A stretch of DNA of 64,000 nucleotides from positions 448,001 to 512,000 of the forward strand of contig CAXWPJ010000002.1 of assembly GCA_963664115.2 (NCBI GenBank). The letters are read 5' to 3'. The notes under the pieces were generated by a model that made no database searches, had not been told where the DNA came from, and was given only the letters and a program-made list of their open reading frames with translations. Every line of letters starts with the position of its first letter. Within the stretch, counting starts at the first letter, position 1. Below, one piece after another: positions 19,919 through 29,624 of this stretch. The position numbers were made by a program, and so were the translations under genes. Source of the DNA: Terriglobia bacterium (GTDB lineage Bacteria > Acidobacteriota > Terriglobia > 20CM-2-55-15).

Positions 19919-21073
19919 ATGAAGTTATCGATGCCCTGCACGAACCTAGTACTTTCTTACGGCGACCTGTCGCGCCATTCCGGATACAGAACGCGCGTCA
20001 TCGAAGAGTTGACGCACATTGAAATGGGATCGCGATTTCGGCCGGTTCTGATGGCGTTTGACCGGCATCCCGGCCATGTGGACCGGGACTCATTACCGAA
20101 GACCGAGCTTAAACTTCGTTCCCGCCATGCCTTTCTTTCTTTTTATACGGATCTCTATCGGCTCTCAAGGCAGGGAAAGATCGCCATGGTCCACGCACAC
20201 AATCTCTACTCCGCTGCGCTCGCGCTTTCGGCCCGTCCTTTTTTTAGTTATTCGGTTGTCCTCGATCTGCATGGGCGTATCCCCGAAGAGTACATATCTC
20301 TGGGAAAGGGCGGGCCAATTTCCAGAAGATTTCTGGAAAAGCTTGAAAGCATCGCTGTCAGATACGCTGACCATGTAATCGTAGTGTCCGATCAACTCAG
20401 GGAATATCTGAGTCGCACCTACGATGTTCCGGACGCTCGGATATCGACGATCCCGATGTGCGCGGACGCAGAATCGTTTCGAGTTGATGCATCCCTCAGG
20501 GCCCGCGCCCGAAGCAGACTGAAATTGGAACACAAATTTGTCTGCACGCATTTGGGTTCCGTTTTCGAATGGTACGATCCCTCACTTATCATTGAAACGT
20601 TCCAAGAACTCAGACGGAGCATCCCGGAATCCCATCTCCTCCTCGTGACCGAACGGACAGGAGAGGTTGAGCGTCACGTCAGGAGCTGCTTGGAAGAAGA
20701 CGCCTTTACTGTCGTTGGGGTGAAGCACGGCGAAGTCCCCGAGCTGCTAAACGCCTCCGACCTCGGATTGCTTCTCCTTGCTAGTTCACCTAACATCGCC
20801 ACTTCGTCGCCTGCCAAGTTCGCAGAATATATGAACTGCGGAGTTCCCGTTTTGATCAGCCCTGATGTAGGCGACTTCTCTGCTCTCGTCAAACGAATGA
20901 ATGTAGGGTACGTAATGAATGCTGACGATCGGCCGATTGAAGCATTCTTCAGTGAGGCGCGATCCAATCGATCCGCGTATGTTTCACGGTGTCAACAGGT
21001 AGGCCAGGCTCTCACCTGGAAGGTTCACACAACGACGTGGAACCGGATTGTTTCAAGCATTGTCTGTCGGTAG
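19919..21073 (+). CDS. Glycosyltransferase family 4
   Basis: VHAHN, DLHG..PEE, SSPAKFAEYMNCGVPV. Confidence 0.85.
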   Translation: MKLSMPCTNLVLSYGDLSRHSGYRTRVIEELTHIEMGSRFRPVLMAFDRHPGHVDRDSLPKTELKLRSRHAFLSFYTDLYRLSRQGKIAMVHAHNLYSAALALSARPFFSYSVVLDLHGRIPEEYISLGKGGPISRRFLEKLESIAVRYADHVIVVSDQLREYLSRTYDVPDARISTIPMCADAESFRVDASLRARARSRLKLEHKFVCTHLGSVFEWYDPSLIIETFQELRRSIPESHLLLVTERTGEVERHVRSCLEEDAFTVVGVKHGEVPELLNASDLGLLLLASSPNIATSSPAKFAEYMNCGVPVLISPDVGDFSALVKRMNVGYVMNADDRPIEAFFSEARSNRSAYVSRCQQVGQALTWKVHTTTWNRIVSSIVCR

Positions 21074-21095
21074 CAAACAGCTACGGCGTATACAC

Positions 21096-22484
21096 CTAGG
21101 TCTCGGGATTGCTTCGAATATCAAACTTCCGCATATAGTGCCTGAAGGAACGGTAGGGAATGCGCAACAGTTCAGCTGCCTTTACCTGGACTCCATTTGT
21201 GCGCCGAAGCGCTTCCTGGAAATAGTCCCGTTGAAGGTTTTCAACGTAGGAATCCAGATCCAGACCCTCGGGCGGAATAAACGGAGAGGCTTTAGGTCGC
21301 GCACCGGCTCCGGATGGCGTTAGCAGATTTGCCTCGGTAATTTCACCCGACGTCTCCAGAATGAACGCGCGTTCCATCGCGTTCTCCAGTTCACGCACGT
21401 TGCCGGGCCAGTCGTGACCCTCCAGTTTGCGGAGCGCCTCTGGAGAAATGCTTTCGATGTGATCCCCCATCGATTGCTTTAATCGCTCCAAAAAGTGATG
21501 GGCCAGCAGCGGGATATCTTCTGTGCGTCCGCGCAACGGCGGAGTTTCAAGCGGGAACACGCTGACTCTGTAAAACAAATCCTCCCTGAACCGTCCTTCC
21601 GACACCAACGCTGACAGATCCTGGTTCGTCGCCGCAATGACCCGCACATCGATCGGTATCTCTTCGGATCCCCCAACCCTGCGAATCGTCCGTTCCTGCA
21701 ACACGCGCAGAAGCTTGACCTGCATTGCCGTACTTGTTTCACCGATTTCATCCAGGAAGATCGTTCCTTTTTCGGCAACCTCAAAAAGCCCTTTGCGGTC
21801 CGTTGCCGCTCCCGTAAATGCGCCTTTGACGTAACCGAAGAGCTCGGACTCCAGCAGGGTCTCGGTCAACGCGCCGCAGTTGACCGACACGAACGGCTTT
21901 GCGACACGGGAGCTGTTCAGATGGATCGCTTTCGCCACGAGTTCTTTTCCCGTACCGCTCTCGCCAGTAATCAAGACCGTACTGTTGGTATCGCTGACGA
22001 CTTCGATCATGCGAAACAACTCCTGCATTTTTTCGCTGCGACCGATCAGATTTCTCATTCCGTGCTGTTTCTTGAACTCCCGCTTGAGGTAAGTGTTTTC
22101 TTCACGCAGGCGCCGTTCTTCCAGCGCACGATCGATGATGTGCTTCAATTCATCCATGAAGTTGTCGGTCTTCAGAATGTAGTCGAACGCCCCCATTTGG
22201 AGCGCCTGGATCGCAGTGTCTGTGGTCGCGTAGGCGGTCAGCAGAATGAATTCGCCCAACGTTCCTTCAGAACGAACTCGACGCAGTAGTTCGATGCCAG
22301 TCATGTCGGGCATCTTGATGTCTGAGACGATGACGTCGAAATTGCCCTTCCGAATACATTCCAGCCCGGTTTCCCCGCTTTCGGCCACGGTCACGTCGAA
22401 ACCCTCGCGCCGCAGAAAAATCTGGAGCATCTCGCAGATCGAGGGTTCATCGTCAACAACGAGGACCTTGGATTTGGAATTCAT
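21096..22484 (-). CDS. pilR: sigma54-dependent response regulator PilR (NtrC family)
   Basis: Receiver (VVDDE, SDIKMP), GESGTGKE, GAFTGA, FLDEIG, WPGNVREL, HTH; downstream of pilC-pilS. Confidence 0.85.
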   Translation of the reverse strand: MNSKSKVLVVDDEPSICEMLQIFLRREGFDVTVAESGETGLECIRKGNFDVIVSDIKMPDMTGIELLRRVRSEGTLGEFILLTAYATTDTAIQALQMGAFDYILKTDNFMDELKHIIDRALEERRLREENTYLKREFKKQHGMRNLIGRSEKMQELFRMIEVVSDTNSTVLITGESGTGKELVAKAIHLNSSRVAKPFVSVNCGALTETLLESELFGYVKGAFTGAATDRKGLFEVAEKGTIFLDEIGETSTAMQVKLLRVLQERTIRRVGGSEEIPIDVRVIAATNQDLSALVSEGRFREDLFYRVSVFPLETPPLRGRTEDIPLLAHHFLERLKQSMGDHIESISPEALRKLEGHDWPGNVRELENAMERAFILETSGEITEANLLTPSGAGARPKASPFIPPEGLDLDSYVENLQRDYFQEALRRTNGVQVKAAELLRIPYRSFRHYMRKFDIRSNPET

Positions 22485-22513
22485 GTCGGATTACCCACGC
22501 GCCGGATTTGGGA

Positions 22514-24127
22514 TCACGGCCCGTACCGGACGGGAACCGCGTCATAGCGATCGATCGGGTCATGGGCTTCCCCCGTTTCCCCCGCTTCAGAGCCCGCTGG
22601 CAGTTCCACGTTGAATACGGTTCCCTGTCCCGGCTCAGAGTTCGCCCAGATGTGGCCATGATGGGTGGTGACGATCTGGTAAACAATCGAAAGTCCCAAA
22701 CCGGTGCCGCTGCGGAACGACGAGTGGAAAGGCAGGAAGAGACGCTCGATGTCTTGCGGGGTCATCCCTATGCCCGAGTCTTTGAATTCGAGCCGGGCAC
22801 GAACGCCGGTTAACCGGAGCGCAATTTCCAAGGTCCCGGATTCCGGCATGGCTTTGAACGCGTTCGACGCCAGATTATGAACGACCTGACGCATCATGCT
22901 CGCGTCGGCCCGGATTGTGACGGGGTCCAGGGCGATTTGTATCTTGTGGTCCGAACGGCGGTCGGGGCTGTTTTCGATCAGTTTAAGGACGTCGAGAATC
23001 ACGATGTCCAGCCGTAGCGGCTTGAGTTGCGGCAAGCTCGGGCGCGCGTAGAGCAGGAAATCGTTGATCGTCTGATTGAGCCTCTCCGTTTCCCGGGCGA
23101 TGATGCTGACCAACTGCTTTTGTTCCGCGCCCAGATTGAGCTCTGACTGCAACAGGCCGAACGAACCCGATATCGATGCCAACGGGTTTCGAATCTCATG
23201 CGCGATACCGGCCGACATCACACCGATCGCGGCCATGCGTTCCTTCCCCCGAAGTTGCCGCTCCATTTCGCGCATCCCGGTCACGTCGTCGAAACACCAT
23301 ACATAGCCGGTCGGACCTCTTGCATCCATAGCAAGAGGCGTCACCGAAAACTGCAGACACATGCCCTTTTTTTCCGGCCCGGGAGTCTCGATCTCAAAAT
23401 CTCCCACGCCGGCGTCGTCAGGTAGCGCCGGGAATACCTCCCGGATTCCACGCCCTATGACTTCTCCGGAACTGCGCCCAGAGATCTCGGCCGCCGCCGG
23501 ATTGAAAAGAAAAATTTTTCCTTCAAGGTCGGTCGTGACCAGGCCACTGCCCAGGCTATCGATGATATGGGCCGTCAACGCCTGAAGAAACGCCACCTGT
23601 CCCGTCGACTCCTCCAGTGCCGCATCGGAAGTGTGCCAGTTTTCGGCTAGCACGTTTGCCAGAAAACCGACCGCACAGAAACCAAAGATCGTCACGCCTA
23701 CGATGTACTGGAGCGTGAAGAGCTCAGGAAACGTAACGGTCGTCGAAGGAAGCACCCTGAAATGTGCCAAGTCCAGGTGGACACCGTGAAGCATCGAGGC
23801 CGCGACGGCAGTAACGTAGGCACCCCGGTGTTTGAGCAGAATGCTGGACATGACGATTTCGAGAAAATACAGAGAAGAAAAATAGCTGTCCAAGCCCCCG
23901 GTCCGATTCACCATCCAGGTGATCAGGAGCAGATCGACCGAAATCTGAGCGTAAGCCTGAGGGAGGTATGACTGGTTGAGGCGAAGGAACGCGAACCAGC
24001 AGAAGGAAAGCGCATAGACAGCCGCCAGCAGGACCAGCATGTCCACCGACGGCTGGACCGCGACGAACACAGTGAATACAACCACCCGGACCCAGATCAA
24101 CCGCAGCAACCACTTGCTGCGGTCCAT
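22514..24127 (-). CDS. pilS: Sensor histidine kinase PilS
   Basis: PilS-type N-terminal TM region (TGGLDSYFSSLY), PAS, AHEIRNPLASISGS, DSGIGM, GTGLGL; ATG at 24127. Confidence 0.85.
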   Translation of the reverse strand: MDRSKWLLRLIWVRVVVFTVFVAVQPSVDMLVLLAAVYALSFCWFAFLRLNQSYLPQAYAQISVDLLLITWMVNRTGGLDSYFSSLYFLEIVMSSILLKHRGAYVTAVAASMLHGVHLDLAHFRVLPSTTVTFPELFTLQYIVGVTIFGFCAVGFLANVLAENWHTSDAALEESTGQVAFLQALTAHIIDSLGSGLVTTDLEGKIFLFNPAAAEISGRSSGEVIGRGIREVFPALPDDAGVGDFEIETPGPEKKGMCLQFSVTPLAMDARGPTGYVWCFDDVTGMREMERQLRGKERMAAIGVMSAGIAHEIRNPLASISGSFGLLQSELNLGAEQKQLVSIIARETERLNQTINDFLLYARPSLPQLKPLRLDIVILDVLKLIENSPDRRSDHKIQIALDPVTIRADASMMRQVVHNLASNAFKAMPESGTLEIALRLTGVRARLEFKDSGIGMTPQDIERLFLPFHSSFRSGTGLGLSIVYQIVTTHHGHIWANSEPGQGTVFNVELPAGSEAGETGEAHDPIDRYDAVPVRYGP

Positions 24128-24161
24128 CAACGTGCGCGGATCCGTCCCTGGATGAGCCACG

Positions 24162-25370
24162 CTAACCGGCCAATTGGCCGACGAGGCTGAAGATCGGCAT
24201 GTACATCGAGATGACGATGCCACCCACGATAACACCGAGTATGGCCATCATGGCCGGCTCAACCGCGGTCATAATATCTGCAACAGCCGTATCGACTTCT
24301 TCTTCGTAGAAATCCGCGATCTTGTTCAGCATCTCTTCCAACGCGCCGGTCTCTTCACCCACACCGATCATCGAAACGACCATGCTCGGAAACACCCCGG
24401 ATTCCTTCAGGGGATCGATGATCGTACGGCCCTGTTCGATCGCGGATTTTACGTTATAGACGGCCTCTTCCACGATAGCGTTACCGGCCGTCCGCGCCGT
24501 AATTGTGAGAGCGTCCAGGATCGGCACGCCGCTGGCTATGAGCGTTCCCATGGTCCGGGTGAACCGAGCGACGGCAATCTTGCGGACCAGGTCCCCGAAG
24601 ATGGGGAGTTTCAGAATTATCCTGTCAATGTTGTAACGGCCTTTAGGCGTCGCGTAGTAAGCCTTGAACAAATACCCGAATACACCGATACCGATAATGA
24701 TGAAAAACCCAAAGTTTTGAACGAAGGTACTGGCCGCAATGACGACACGAGTCGGTAGCGGGAGTTCCGCTCCCATGCCCTCGAACAGATCGGTAAACGC
24801 GGGCACGACCTTCCACAGAATCAGCGTGATCACCGCAGTGGCGATAAAAATGATCGCCGCCGGGTAAATCATCGCCGACTTCATCGCCGCTTTCAGTTTG
24901 ACTGCCTTTTCGATATAGACCGACAGCCGTTGAAAGATGGTGTCTAAAATACCACCCGCCTCACCAGCTGCGACCATGTTCGTGTAGAGTTCGTCGAATA
25001 TTTTGGGGCTCTGCCTCATGCCCTCCGACAGGGTGTTTCCCGTCTCAACTTCCCTCTGGATGGTCTTGACGGCTTCCGCGAATTTCGGGTTCTCCTGTTG
25101 GTCACCCAGTATCTCGATGCACTGAACCAGCGGCAGACCGGAATCGATCATGACCGAAAACTGGCGGGTGAAAATCGCCAGGTCCTTGGCTGTCGGGTTT
25201 CCACCGAACTCGATTTTCGACAGGTCGAAGCCCTTCTTTTCTTTGGCTTCAACCATCATGATGTCTTCCTGCCGGAGAGCCACTGCCAGAGCCTGGGCGC
25301 TGTCGGCGGATCGGGTTCCGGTGATTTCCGCGCCGCCTCGCTTTCGACCTTTGAACGTGAACTTCGCCAT
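24162..25370 (-). CDS. pilC: Type IV pilus inner-membrane platform protein PilC (GspF family)
   Basis: FTRQFSVMIDSGLPL, AAGEAGGILD, SAMIYP, VGEETGALEEML..IADFYEEEVD. Confidence 0.95.
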   Translation of the reverse strand: MAKFTFKGRKRGGAEITGTRSADSAQALAVALRQEDIMMVEAKEKKGFDLSKIEFGGNPTAKDLAIFTRQFSVMIDSGLPLVQCIEILGDQQENPKFAEAVKTIQREVETGNTLSEGMRQSPKIFDELYTNMVAAGEAGGILDTIFQRLSVYIEKAVKLKAAMKSAMIYPAAIIFIATAVITLILWKVVPAFTDLFEGMGAELPLPTRVVIAASTFVQNFGFFIIIGIGVFGYLFKAYYATPKGRYNIDRIILKLPIFGDLVRKIAVARFTRTMGTLIASGVPILDALTITARTAGNAIVEEAVYNVKSAIEQGRTIIDPLKESGVFPSMVVSMIGVGEETGALEEMLNKIADFYEEEVDTAVADIMTAVEPAMMAILGVIVGGIVISMYMPIFSLVGQLAG

Positions 25371-25419
25371 AAGTCTTACCTCATTCGCTCAAGCGGACCC
25401 GATACCTCCGCCTGGTGAA

Positions 25420-26076
25420 CTAACCTGCCTTTTCTCGAAGAACCTCTTCGACGCTCGTCAACTGCTCTCTGATCTTGATCAGGCCGCTTTGCCCCGTCGT
25501 GATCATCCCCTCTTCAATGGCCTTTTTGCGCAACTCGTTTCCCGAATCACCTAAGATTACAGCTTCGCGCAAAACGTCGCTCATTTCCATAACTTCGTAC
25601 AGTCCAATCCGTCCCTGGTACCCGCTACCGTTGCACGCAGATCGCGTGCAGCGAAGTCCCTACGAGAAATGGCGATTCCCACATTCAGCAAGCGCGGCAT
25701 TGTCCCGGGCGCATCGTTCGTGTGTAGTGTTCTCAACACGAGGTGAGCGGTCAGGACCGCGCTGACGACAATTTCGGTGGTCTCGAAGAGCCGCATCTCT
25801 CCTACAAAGGATAATGTCAGGGGCAAGTCGAAGAAAAGAACGAAGTGACGCGGCGAAATCGAGCCCGATCCGATACTTGATCTGCACCGGAATGTTCCGC
25901 CCCAGTCTGAACCGAACGCGACCTTCGGCGGAGAACACCGCTTCGAAAATGTGCCCTTGCCGGACCAGGCAACTCCCCAGCCGTCCACCGCCGCTAGATT
26001 GCGCCCCAAGGGCTTCACAAAGTTGTTCCAGGGTAATCAGGTTTTCGCCGACCAAATTGTCTCCAAGTCTTGACAT
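25420..26076 (-). pseudogene. pilB: pilB (type IV pilus assembly ATPase) remnant with large internal deletions and frameshifts
   Basis: Fragments in changing frames: MSRLGDNLV..GRLGSCLV; IGLDFAASLRSFLR..PDIIL; VGEMR..HLVLRTLHTNDAP; PFLVGTSLHAICVQR; CNGSGYQGRIGLYEVME..TSVEEVLRE; no Walker A. Confidence 0.9.
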
Positions 26077-26130
26077 ATGTGCAACTTTACGTCCTTATCA
26101 TTTGAGGGGTACGTTACCATAGGTGACACG

Positions 26131-28239
26131 ATGGGAGCATCAGACGGGACATCGAAAAAGACATCCAGCAACACGAGAAGCCTCTACCTGGCCGGGGTCG
26201 CCCTTCTGGGTTTGGCTTTGCTCGTTTTCGTGCAGGCCGCATTTAACCTGGGTCCCTTCATAACGGCATCGCTGCCCAGCCAAATCCTGTTGCTCTATTC
26301 CCTCTCGACTTTCATATTCCTGGTCCTGATCATCTTCGGCACTGTTTTGGCACGGAGCCTCTTCAAGCTGTGGGTTGAACAAAGAAGTGAGAAACCCGGC
26401 GCTAAATTCAAGACTAGACTTGTTTTATCTCTTATAGGTCTGACCTTGATTCCTGCCGCCTTCCTCTTCATGTTCGCGTTCGGACTCGTAAACCGAAGCA
26501 TCGACAAGTGGTTCAGTGTTCCCGTGGATTCGATCTTTGAGGCGGCCGAACAAATCGAAAGCGAATGGGCGTTGGAGCATGAAGCGATTGCACGGGGCAT
26601 CCTCAGTTATCTGGCCAGGCAGGTCCCTGAAAACCTCGATGCCGCCCGGGAAAATTTCCCTGTCGAGGCGATCGTCGTTCTGAACGCCGAGGGTGAGGTT
26701 CTCCAAAGCTCGTCCAATTCTCCCGAATCGACGGAACAACTCCGGAGACAACTCGCGGTTCAGTTATTAGAAGGAGGATCATCGGGCCGTAGCGGGATGA
26801 CGATCAACGAAGATGGTTCGCTCGTGGGCCTCGCCAGACTCGAAGAAGACGGCGCGGTACTGGCAGCACGGTTCTACCGTCCGGAGCGTTTTGAAGAACT
26901 CACCTCTACGATCGATTCAGAACGGCTCAACTATAACGAGCTGATCCAGAACCGGCGGTTTTACAGAGACACTTACGTTTACATCATGCTCTTGATGACA
27001 ACGCTTGTCCTCTTCGCCGCCGTCTGGACGGGACTTCATCTTTCGAAGCGTATAACCATTCCGATCGAAGCGCTTGCGGGCGCCACCCGTGAAATATCTG
27101 CGGGCCACCTGGACTATCGCGTGAGGGTCGAAGCGGACGAAGAACTCGGCATGCTGGTTGGATTGTTCAACGATATGGCAGACCAGCTCCAGTTGACGAC
27201 GCGTGAATTGGACGAACGCCGCCGTTATACGGAAATCATTCTTGAGTCGATACCGACGGGCGTCATATCGATTGACGACGAATACCGTGTTACGAAGGTG
27301 AACCGCGCTCTACGAACGATGTTTTCGATCGAAAACGCGGAAACGCTTAAAGACATTTTCGTCCCCGACGATCTGGACCAGATTGGCGAACTGTTACGGG
27401 TATCGGATCAAGAAGGGACGCTGGAACGCGAAATGACACTCAAAGCCCATGGACAGGCGGTTCACAGCGCGGTCATCGCCAGTAAACTGACGACAGGTGG
27501 ATTCGTCCTTGTCGTTGAAGACCTCACCGAAGTCGTCAAGGCTCAAAAGGCAACGGCATGGCGCGAGGTGGCCCGGCGCCTGGCCCACGAGATCAAGAAT
27601 CCGCTTACACCGATTCAGCTCTCCGCAGAACGCATCGCTCGAAACCTGGAACGGGCACCCTCGGTTGACGGCCACACAAGGACCGTGATCCAGGAATGCG
27701 TAGACGCCATCGTCGGCGAAGTGGGCAGCCTCAAAGAGTTGGTCAATGAATTCGGCCGCGTGGCCCGCCTGCCGGCCATCGCACCCGAACCCACGCCCAT
27801 GAAGGACCTGGTCGATCGTACGTTGTCGCTGTACGAAGATCGTTTCAACGGAACTTTAGTCAAGACCGAGTTCCCGAAAAATATGCCTGACGTCTTAATG
27901 GACGGCCAACAGATTAAGCGGGTCCTGATCAACCTGATCGACAACGCTCTCGAGGCCATGTCGGGAGAGGACGACAAAGAACTCACGATAGCCTGCGAGC
28001 TGGTCCGCGACGAGACAACAGCCCGGTTGACTGTGACCGATACCGGACAGGGCGTTGCTTCCGAAGACAGGGACCGACTGTTTGCCCCGTATTTCTCCAC
28101 CCGTAAAGACGGTACCGGCCTGGGCCTGGCCATCGCCAGTCGGATTGTTGCCGACCACGGGGGCTACATTGGCGCCGAAACCAATGGCCGGCGTGGCGCT
28201 CGATTTGTGGTTGAGCTTCCTTTATGTCAAAAGTCCTGA
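26131..28239 (+). CDS. ntrY: NtrY-like membrane sensor histidine kinase (HAMP, PAS, HisKA, HATPase)
   Basis: KFKTRLV..SIDKWF, HAMP, AWREVARRLAHEIKNPLTPIQLSAER, GTGLGL. Confidence 0.85.
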   Translation: MGASDGTSKKTSSNTRSLYLAGVALLGLALLVFVQAAFNLGPFITASLPSQILLLYSLSTFIFLVLIIFGTVLARSLFKLWVEQRSEKPGAKFKTRLVLSLIGLTLIPAAFLFMFAFGLVNRSIDKWFSVPVDSIFEAAEQIESEWALEHEAIARGILSYLARQVPENLDAARENFPVEAIVVLNAEGEVLQSSSNSPESTEQLRRQLAVQLLEGGSSGRSGMTINEDGSLVGLARLEEDGAVLAARFYRPERFEELTSTIDSERLNYNELIQNRRFYRDTYVYIMLLMTTLVLFAAVWTGLHLSKRITIPIEALAGATREISAGHLDYRVRVEADEELGMLVGLFNDMADQLQLTTRELDERRRYTEIILESIPTGVISIDDEYRVTKVNRALRTMFSIENAETLKDIFVPDDLDQIGELLRVSDQEGTLEREMTLKAHGQAVHSAVIASKLTTGGFVLVVEDLTEVVKAQKATAWREVARRLAHEIKNPLTPIQLSAERIARNLERAPSVDGHTRTVIQECVDAIVGEVGSLKELVNEFGRVARLPAIAPEPTPMKDLVDRTLSLYEDRFNGTLVKTEFPKNMPDVLMDGQQIKRVLINLIDNALEAMSGEDDKELTIACELVRDETTARLTVTDTGQGVASEDRDRLFAPYFSTRKDGTGLGLAIASRIVADHGGYIGAETNGRRGARFVVELPLCQKS

Positions 28240-29558
28240 TTGTTGACGACGAAATCGGCATACGCCGATCTCTGAAGGGCGTCTTCGAAGACGAAGGCTA
28301 TGCGGCCGACGTAGCCGCAAGCGGAGAAGAGTGTATCCAAATGTTAGAAGGGGGTACGTACGATCTCGTATTGCTCGACGTCTGGCTCCCAGGCATCGAC
28401 GGCCTGGAAACCCTGAAACAACTTCGCCAGACCGATGGGACAACGGCCGTCATCATGATTTCCGGTCACGCAACGATTGCTACAGCCGTGTCAGCGACGA
28501 AGCTGGGTGCCTATGATTTCGTTGAAAAACCGCTGTCGATCGAACACATTCTGCTTATGGCCAAGAATGCCCTTTCGCACCGTCGACTGGAGCAGACGAA
28601 CGCCGTCCTGCGCTCCCAGATCGAAGCCCGCTACAACATCGTGGGCGAAAGCATTCCGGTCAAGGCCCTCCGGAAGCAGATTGCTGTGGTCGCACCCACC
28701 AATAGCCGGGTCTTGATCTACGGAGAAAGTGGAACAGGCAAGGAACTCGTCGCCCGCAATATCCACTTCCAGAGCAACCGCAGCGGCGGCCCTTTCATCG
28801 AAGTCAATTGCGCAGCCATCCCCGAAGACCTGATCGAAAGCGAACTTTTCGGCCACACCAAAGGATCCTTTACCGGTGCGGTGTCGGACAAAAAAGGAAA
28901 GTTCGAACTGGCTGAGAGTGGAACGATTTTCCTGGACGAAGTGGGCGACATGAGCCTCAAGACGCAGGCCAAAGTCTTGCGGGCCATTGAGCAACAGAGG
29001 TTCCAACCCATTGGCGCCCAATCCACCCGCAGCGTCGACGTGCGAATCATCGCTGCAACCAACAAGAACCTGGCCGTGGAGATCAAGGCCGGCCGCTTCC
29101 GCGAAGATCTCTTCTATCGACTGAACGTGATTCCCTTCTTCGTTCCGCCATTGAGGGAGCGCGGCAAGGACATCCCGGTCATGGCACGCTACTTCATCGA
29201 CATTTTCTGCGCCGAGGAAGGACGGCCTTCAAAGGAACTGACTCCCGATGCGATCGAGGCCATGGCCGGTTATTCCTGGCCGGGCAACGTCCGGGAGTTG
29301 AGAAACGAAATCGAACGACTGGTCATCATGGTGCCCGCCGACACGGTTCCCGCATCCAGCCTCTCACTCCCGAACGGTGCCGGACCCGAATCCGGCCATA
29401 CGCTGCAGCAAGCCCGCACTCAGTACGAACGGGATCTGATTCTCTCAAAGCTGGATGAAAATGGCTGGAATGTCTCCCAAACCGCTCGTGTCCTCGGTCT
29501 GGAACGCAGTTATCTGCACCGGAAAATGAAAACGTACGGGATTTCGAAGAAAGGTTAG
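28224..29558 (+). CDS. ntrX: NtrX-like sigma54-dependent response regulator
   Basis: LLDVWLPG, MISGHATI, GESGTGKE, GSFTGA, LERSYLHRK; paired with ntrY. Confidence 0.87.
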   Translation: MSKVLIVDDEIGIRRSLKGVFEDEGYAADVAASGEECIQMLEGGTYDLVLLDVWLPGIDGLETLKQLRQTDGTTAVIMISGHATIATAVSATKLGAYDFVEKPLSIEHILLMAKNALSHRRLEQTNAVLRSQIEARYNIVGESIPVKALRKQIAVVAPTNSRVLIYGESGTGKELVARNIHFQSNRSGGPFIEVNCAAIPEDLIESELFGHTKGSFTGAVSDKKGKFELAESGTIFLDEVGDMSLKTQAKVLRAIEQQRFQPIGAQSTRSVDVRIIAATNKNLAVEIKAGRFREDLFYRLNVIPFFVPPLRERGKDIPVMARYFIDIFCAEEGRPSKELTPDAIEAMAGYSWPGNVRELRNEIERLVIMVPADTVPASSLSLPNGAGPESGHTLQQARTQYERDLILSKLDENGWNVSQTARVLGLERSYLHRKMKTYGISKKG

Positions 29559-29624
29559 CGGCATTCGGGAGCGAACAAGCACCTCATCCTTCCATGGCCT
29601 CACGCCAAAATTCAGGGTCGAAGT

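Noticed and set aside
25581-26076. 138-aa and 145-aa ORFs as independent genes
   Set aside because: They are out-of-frame pieces of the single pilB pseudogene
26080-26097. GG-N10-GC (GGACGTAAAGTTGCA) on the minus strand before pilB as a sigma54 promoter
   Set aside because: Too close to the ATG (start site would fall inside the CDS) and poor -24 match; more likely the RBS region
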